The notes under the pieces: generated by a model
What the model was told of the DNA's origin: nothing
Databases searched by the model: none
The model's input: only the letters and a program-made list of their open reading frames with translations
Shown: positions 60,057 to 64,000 of the stretch, piece by piece
Layout: each line of letters starts with the position of its first letter
Numbering within the stretch: the first letter of the stretch is position 1
Assembly: GCA_039028615.1 (NCBI GenBank)
Contig: JBCCHT010000001.1
Coordinates: 160,001 to 224,000 of the forward strand
DNA: 64,000 bases
From: Myxococcota bacterium
GTDB taxonomy: Bacteria > Myxococcota_A > Polyangia > Nannocystales > Nannocystaceae
Direction: 5' to 3'
Translations under genes and position numbers: made by a program

Positions 60057-61544
60057 TCAGAGCGTGCCCGCAACCTCGTCGAGCGTCCGGGCAAACGCGT
60101 CGGCGCTGTCGAAGCGATCGTCGGGCTGCTTGGCGAGGCCGCGCGCCAACAGAGGCTCGAGCCGAGCCGCCCCCACCACGGACGGGGCCACGCTGGTGAG
60201 CAGCGGCGGCGTGGCGCTCACGTGCATCGCCAGCATCGCCCCCGCGTCACCCCCGTCGAAGGGAAGCCGACCGGTGAGCAACTCGAAGAGCATCGTGGCC
60301 ACGGCGTAGAGGTCGGCCCGGCCGTCGACCTCGGCCCCCAGCGCCTGCTCGGGCGCGATATAGGCGGGCGTGCCCATGGCCATGCCCGCCTGGGTCAGCC
60401 GCACCTCTCCGCGATTCGAGACCAGGTCGACGGGCAGCCGCGCAATGCCGAGATCGAAGACCTTGGCGAAGCTCGCATCGTCGCCGTGCTGCACGATGAA
60501 CACGTTCTCGGGCTTCACGTCTCGATGCACGATGCCGCGCTCGTGCAGCGCCCCCAACGCGCACAACACATGACGAATGACATGGATCGCCCGCCGCGAC
60601 TCCATGGCCCCCGCGTCGAGCATGTCGAACAGGTCGGTCCCCTCGAGCTGCTCCATCGCCAGGAACATGCCCCCATCGGTCGTCCGCCCGTGCTCGAACA
60701 GCTCCACCAGGTTGTCGTGCCGCACCGCCTGCATCGCGATGGCCTCGCGTTCGAATCGCTGTCGGAGCCCGGGCTCGCGCGCCCGCTCGGGCGCCAAGAC
60801 CTTGAGGGCCACCACGCGACCCGAGGCCGCGTGCTCGGCCGCGAACACCTCGCCCATGCCTCCGGCTCCCAGAGGCCGCACGATGCGATAGCCGGGGACC
60901 AACGCGTCCGGCGAGGAGAGATTCGCGGTCGCACGCTCCTCCAGCGCCGCCATCGGCAAGACAGCCGCGGTCGTCGGGGCGACGACCGTCTGACGACGCT
61001 GCTCGGTCAGCGCGGCCACGAATCCCTTGCGCGCCGCCGATAACCGCTGCCGAGCGATCCGCAGCGGGATCCCCAGCGTCCGCGCGATGCGATCGACCGG
61101 TTCCCCGTGCAAGTCGGCGAGGATGAGCACGCTGCGTTGCTCGGGAGGCAGAGCCGCGAGCACCTCCCGGACCGCGCCGCCCATCGCCTTGCGTCCCTGG
61201 GCGGCCGTCAGCCGGGCATCCAGCGGAACCCGCTGAAACGCCACGTCTGCCGGGTCACGCTCCCCCGCCAGCTCCTGGGCGAGACCGACGAGCCACTCTT
61301 CGAAGCCCTCGGGATCGGGCAGCTCGTTCAGGCGCCGAGCCGCGCGCACGAACACGTCCTCACACGCCGGCTCGGCCGAGTCCGGATCGGCGAGCAAGCC
61401 CGTCAGCAAGCGATAGACCGGGATCTGGTGGCGTCGAACCAGCTCGCTGTACGCCGTCGCATCCTCGCGATCGCGGTAGGCCGCGATGAGCTGGGCGTCG
61501 TTGACCGTGGTGATCCCGGTCTGCTGAGCGAGGCGGTCGGCCAT
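60057..61544 (-). CDS. Fusion of an ECF-sigma-like domain and a Ser/Thr kinase
   Basis: Sigma region 2/4-like N-terminus; LGAGGMG, HRDVKPEN, DLG, GTPAYIAPE. Confidence 0.88.
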   Translation of the reverse strand: MADRLAQQTGITTVNDAQLIAAYRDREDATAYSELVRRHQIPVYRLLTGLLADPDSAEPACEDVFVRAARRLNELPDPEGFEEWLVGLAQELAGERDPADVAFQRVPLDARLTAAQGRKAMGGAVREVLAALPPEQRSVLILADLHGEPVDRIARTLGIPLRIARQRLSAARKGFVAALTEQRRQTVVAPTTAAVLPMAALEERATANLSSPDALVPGYRIVRPLGAGGMGEVFAAEHAASGRVVALKVLAPERAREPGLRQRFEREAIAMQAVRHDNLVELFEHGRTTDGGMFLAMEQLEGTDLFDMLDAGAMESRRAIHVIRHVLCALGALHERGIVHRDVKPENVFIVQHGDDASFAKVFDLGIARLPVDLVSNRGEVRLTQAGMAMGTPAYIAPEQALGAEVDGRADLYAVATMLFELLTGRLPFDGGDAGAMLAMHVSATPPLLTSVAPSVVGAARLEPLLARGLAKQPDDRFDSADAFARTLDEVAGTL

Positions 61545-61553
61545 GATGGGTGC

Positions 61554-62384
61554 TCAAGCCGTGTCGTCGCGACGAGACATGCCGTCGAGGACGTGCCGCG
61601 CAGGCACGAAGTGCTGGTTGCCCTCGCCATCCCGGACGAGCAGGCCCAGCGGGCAGAAGCGCTCCGCCGTGCCTCGAATCGTCCCCAGGGCGACCTCGTC
61701 CCCCAGCCTCACCAGCCGTCGCAGATAGTAGTTGGCGATGATCTCCTCGGCGGGCTTGCGCATGGACCAGGCGAAGAGGAACGCGATGGTCGCCAGCACG
61801 ACCCCCAGCACCAGGCCGAGGCTCGACGTGACGAAGGAGATGTCGATGCCGAGCAGGTTGACCGCGATGAGTACCGTCAACCCGAGCAGGCCGAGTTCCG
61901 TCGCCGACTCGAGCGTGCTCGCCATCGGGCTGTTCATCTCGTGGAGAACCGCCCCCACCGCTCGCCGAGCGGCCCCCGCGGCATAGGCCCCCACCGCGAA
62001 CACCAGCAGCGCCGACAACACGCTCGGCACGTAGCCCAGCGCCGCCCCCACGACGGAGCCGACCGCCTCCAGCCCCAGCACGTCGGCCGCGGCCATCACC
62101 GTCATCAGCAGCACGGCCAGGTAGACCAGGCTCGCGACCGCCCGCGATGGCGTCAGCCCTTCACTGAACGCGTCGAGGATCCGGGCGAGCCGGGTGCTCC
62201 CGACGGCCGCGTCGAGTCGGGTCATGCCCAGCACCCGAGCGCACACGCTGCGCGCCACCACGGCGGCGAGCCAGCCCACCAGCAACACCACCACGCCGGA
62301 GATCAGCGAGGGCGCGGCCGCGGCCAGCTGCCCCCACATCTGCTGCATCGGCCCCATCACATCGGGCTCTACCCACGCGATCAT
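61554..62384 (-). CDS. Small-conductance mechanosensitive channel-like (TM-helix repeat / CmpX-like) protein
   Basis: P.L.....LLVGW and YVPSVLSALLV repeats; EIIANYY...LGDEV beta domain. Confidence 0.85.
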   Translation of the reverse strand: MIAWVEPDVMGPMQQMWGQLAAAAPSLISGVVVLLVGWLAAVVARSVCARVLGMTRLDAAVGSTRLARILDAFSEGLTPSRAVASLVYLAVLLMTVMAAADVLGLEAVGSVVGAALGYVPSVLSALLVFAVGAYAAGAARRAVGAVLHEMNSPMASTLESATELGLLGLTVLIAVNLLGIDISFVTSSLGLVLGVVLATIAFLFAWSMRKPAEEIIANYYLRRLVRLGDEVALGTIRGTAERFCPLGLLVRDGEGNQHFVPARHVLDGMSRRDDTA

Positions 62385-62590
62385 CGGTCGTCTCCTTCTG
62401 CCAACGACGAATCCTCGGAGCGCACCCAGTGCCACGGCGACACCAGCAGCAGCCGCGCCATCTCGGCCACCGTCGTTCGCAGCACGACCCGAGACTCCAC
62501 GCGAGACGCCAGCTCGGCCGAGGGGCGAGCCTCGAACGTCATCGCCAACAAGGCGGCGATATCGATCTCCGGCTCCTCGTCGTCGGTCAC
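62381..62590 (-). CDS. Small hypothetical protein
   Basis: 69 aa, ATGA-coupled to the next gene. Confidence 0.6.
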   Translation of the reverse strand: MTDDEEPEIDIAALLAMTFEARPSAELASRVESRVVLRTTVAEMARLLLVSPWHWVRSEDSSLAEGDDR

Positions 62591-62749
62591 GGCCCTACGC
62601 CCGTGCAAGACGCAGGCCGCCCGACGAGTGCAACGAGACTCCCGGGTCGAGCGCCTCCCGGGCCCATGTCAGCGGGGCGTTTAGGGCCGACGTAGCACTG
62701 TGCCCCGGCAAGGTGCCCCGCTGCCATCCGCCCCGGGTCGGTCTGCGCC

Positions 62750-64000
62750 TCAGACCGGCATGAGCGCGGGGTCGCGGCCGATGCCCCAGTCTCGATTGTC
62801 CATCTGGAGGTCCCACAAGTGCCGATAGAGACCCTCGTGCCGGAGCAGAGCACCGTGCGTGCCCTGTTCGACGATCTGTCCCCGATCGAGCACCAGGATC
62901 TGGTCCGCGTGCTGGATCGTCCACAGCCGATGCGCCACCACGATGACCGTGCGCCCCTCCATCAGCGCGCCGATCGCCTCTTGGATCTGTCGCTCCTCGT
63001 CGAGGTCGACGCTGGCGGTGGCCTCGTCGAGGATCAGAACGGGCGCGTCTTTGATGAGCGCGCGTGCGATGGAGATCCGCTGACGCTGCCCGCCGGACAG
63101 GTTGCGGCCCCCGGGGTCGAGCACGGTGTCGTAGCCCTCGGGGAGCGCCTCGATGAATCCATGGGCCCGCGCGGCTCGAGCGGCCGCCTCGACCTGTTGC
63201 CGGGTCGCGTCGGGTCGACCCAGGCGGATGTTCTCGAGCACGGTGTCGGCAAAGAGCACGACGTCCTGAAACACGGTCGCGGTATTGGCATGCACCGTCT
63301 CCAGCGGCAGCGCCCGCAGATCGACCCCGTCGAGGGTGACGCGGCCTTCGTCGACGTCCCACAGCCGCGTCAGCAGGTGAGCGAGCGTGCTCTTTCCCGA
63401 GCCGGAGGGGCCGACCAATGCCGTCACCGTGCCCCGCTCGAAGGTCGCATTCACCCCGCGTAGCGTGGGCTGGTCTTCGTAAGCGAACGACATGCCCTCG
63501 ACCTCGATCGTCGGATGATCTGCGCGAACCGTCCCTTGGCCTTCGGGTTGTTCGGGGACCTCGAACAGCTCCCGCATCCGCTCCAGGGTCCGCGCGGCAT
63601 GCCGCGACATCGCCAGGTAGACCACCAGATCGGAGAGCGTCCGCACGAAGTGCAGCGCCACCACGGTGACCACGAAAAACCGCGCCGCGGGCAGGCTCTC
63701 GGCGCTCAGCCACATCGAGCCGACGCCGAACACGGCAACGAAGCCGCTGAAGACGACCAGGGAGTAGGTGAAGATGGCCGGTGCCGGCAGCAGCTCGGCG
63801 CGCATCATCTGCTCTTCGAGGGTCACGAGACGTGCCTCGATGCGACGTCGGTAGTCGGCATCGGCGTCGAGGGCCCGCAGCGACTCGATGCCCTGCACGT
63901 ACTCGACCATGAGGTCGACCGCCGCCTGCTTTTCCACCCGGGCCCCGTCTGCCGCCCGATTGATGAGCCGAAAGCTCCACGGGATCGCGAGCAGAGCCAA
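62750..64000 (-). CDS. ABC transporter permease/ATP-binding protein (5' partial)
   Basis: GPSGSGKS, LSGGQRQR, LDEATA, AHRL; TM domain upstream. Confidence 0.95.
   Translation of the reverse strand: MALLAIPWSFRLINRAADGARVEKQAAVDLMVEYVQGIESLRALDADADYRRRIEARLVTLEEQMMRAELLPAPAIFTYSLVVFSGFVAVFGVGSMWLSAESLPAARFFVVTVVALHFVRTLSDLVVYLAMSRHAARTLERMRELFEVPEQPEGQGTVRADHPTIEVEGMSFAYEDQPTLRGVNATFERGTVTALVGPSGSGKSTLAHLLTRLWDVDEGRVTLDGVDLRALPLETVHANTATVFQDVVLFADTVLENIRLGRPDATRQQVEAAARAARAHGFIEALPEGYDTVLDPGGRNLSGGQRQRISIARALIKDAPVLILDEATASVDLDEERQIQEAIGALMEGRTVIVVAHRLWTIQHADQILVLDRGQIVEQGTHGALLRHEGLYRHLWDLQMDNRDWGIGRDPALMPV

Overview
The window looks myxobacterial, probably Nannocystaceae-like, judging from the very high GC and the kinase-TPR, vWA, choice-of-anchor L and ECF-fusion genes. 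It has two parts. (1) About 39,050-64,000 is host chromosome, almost all on the minus strand. It holds the most striking locus: a DUF692/MNIO plus partner-protein RiPP-type cluster. Its apparent precursor is a 119-aa lipoprotein with nine A-G-C-P repeats, flanked by two CxxCH heme-c lipoproteins and followed by DJ-1/PfpI and pirin genes. (2) 1-38,970 is a compositionally patchy island that abuts the 3' end of tRNA-Ala(TGC) and continues past the left edge. Its mobility genes are a VirD4-like C-terminus, two Replic_Relax proteins, an ardA-primase-tyrosine recombinase operon, and a second tyrosine recombinase behind a tRNA-Val copy with a broken acceptor stem (att-like). It also has XRE/Fis regulators with palindromic operators, a large nested hairpin cluster at 12.5-12.7 kb, candidate defence genes (GHKL-nuclease; flavoprotein-UvrD-unknown operon) and three membrane-anchored pentapeptide-repeat proteins. 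All family calls are by eye from motifs; no searches were run.
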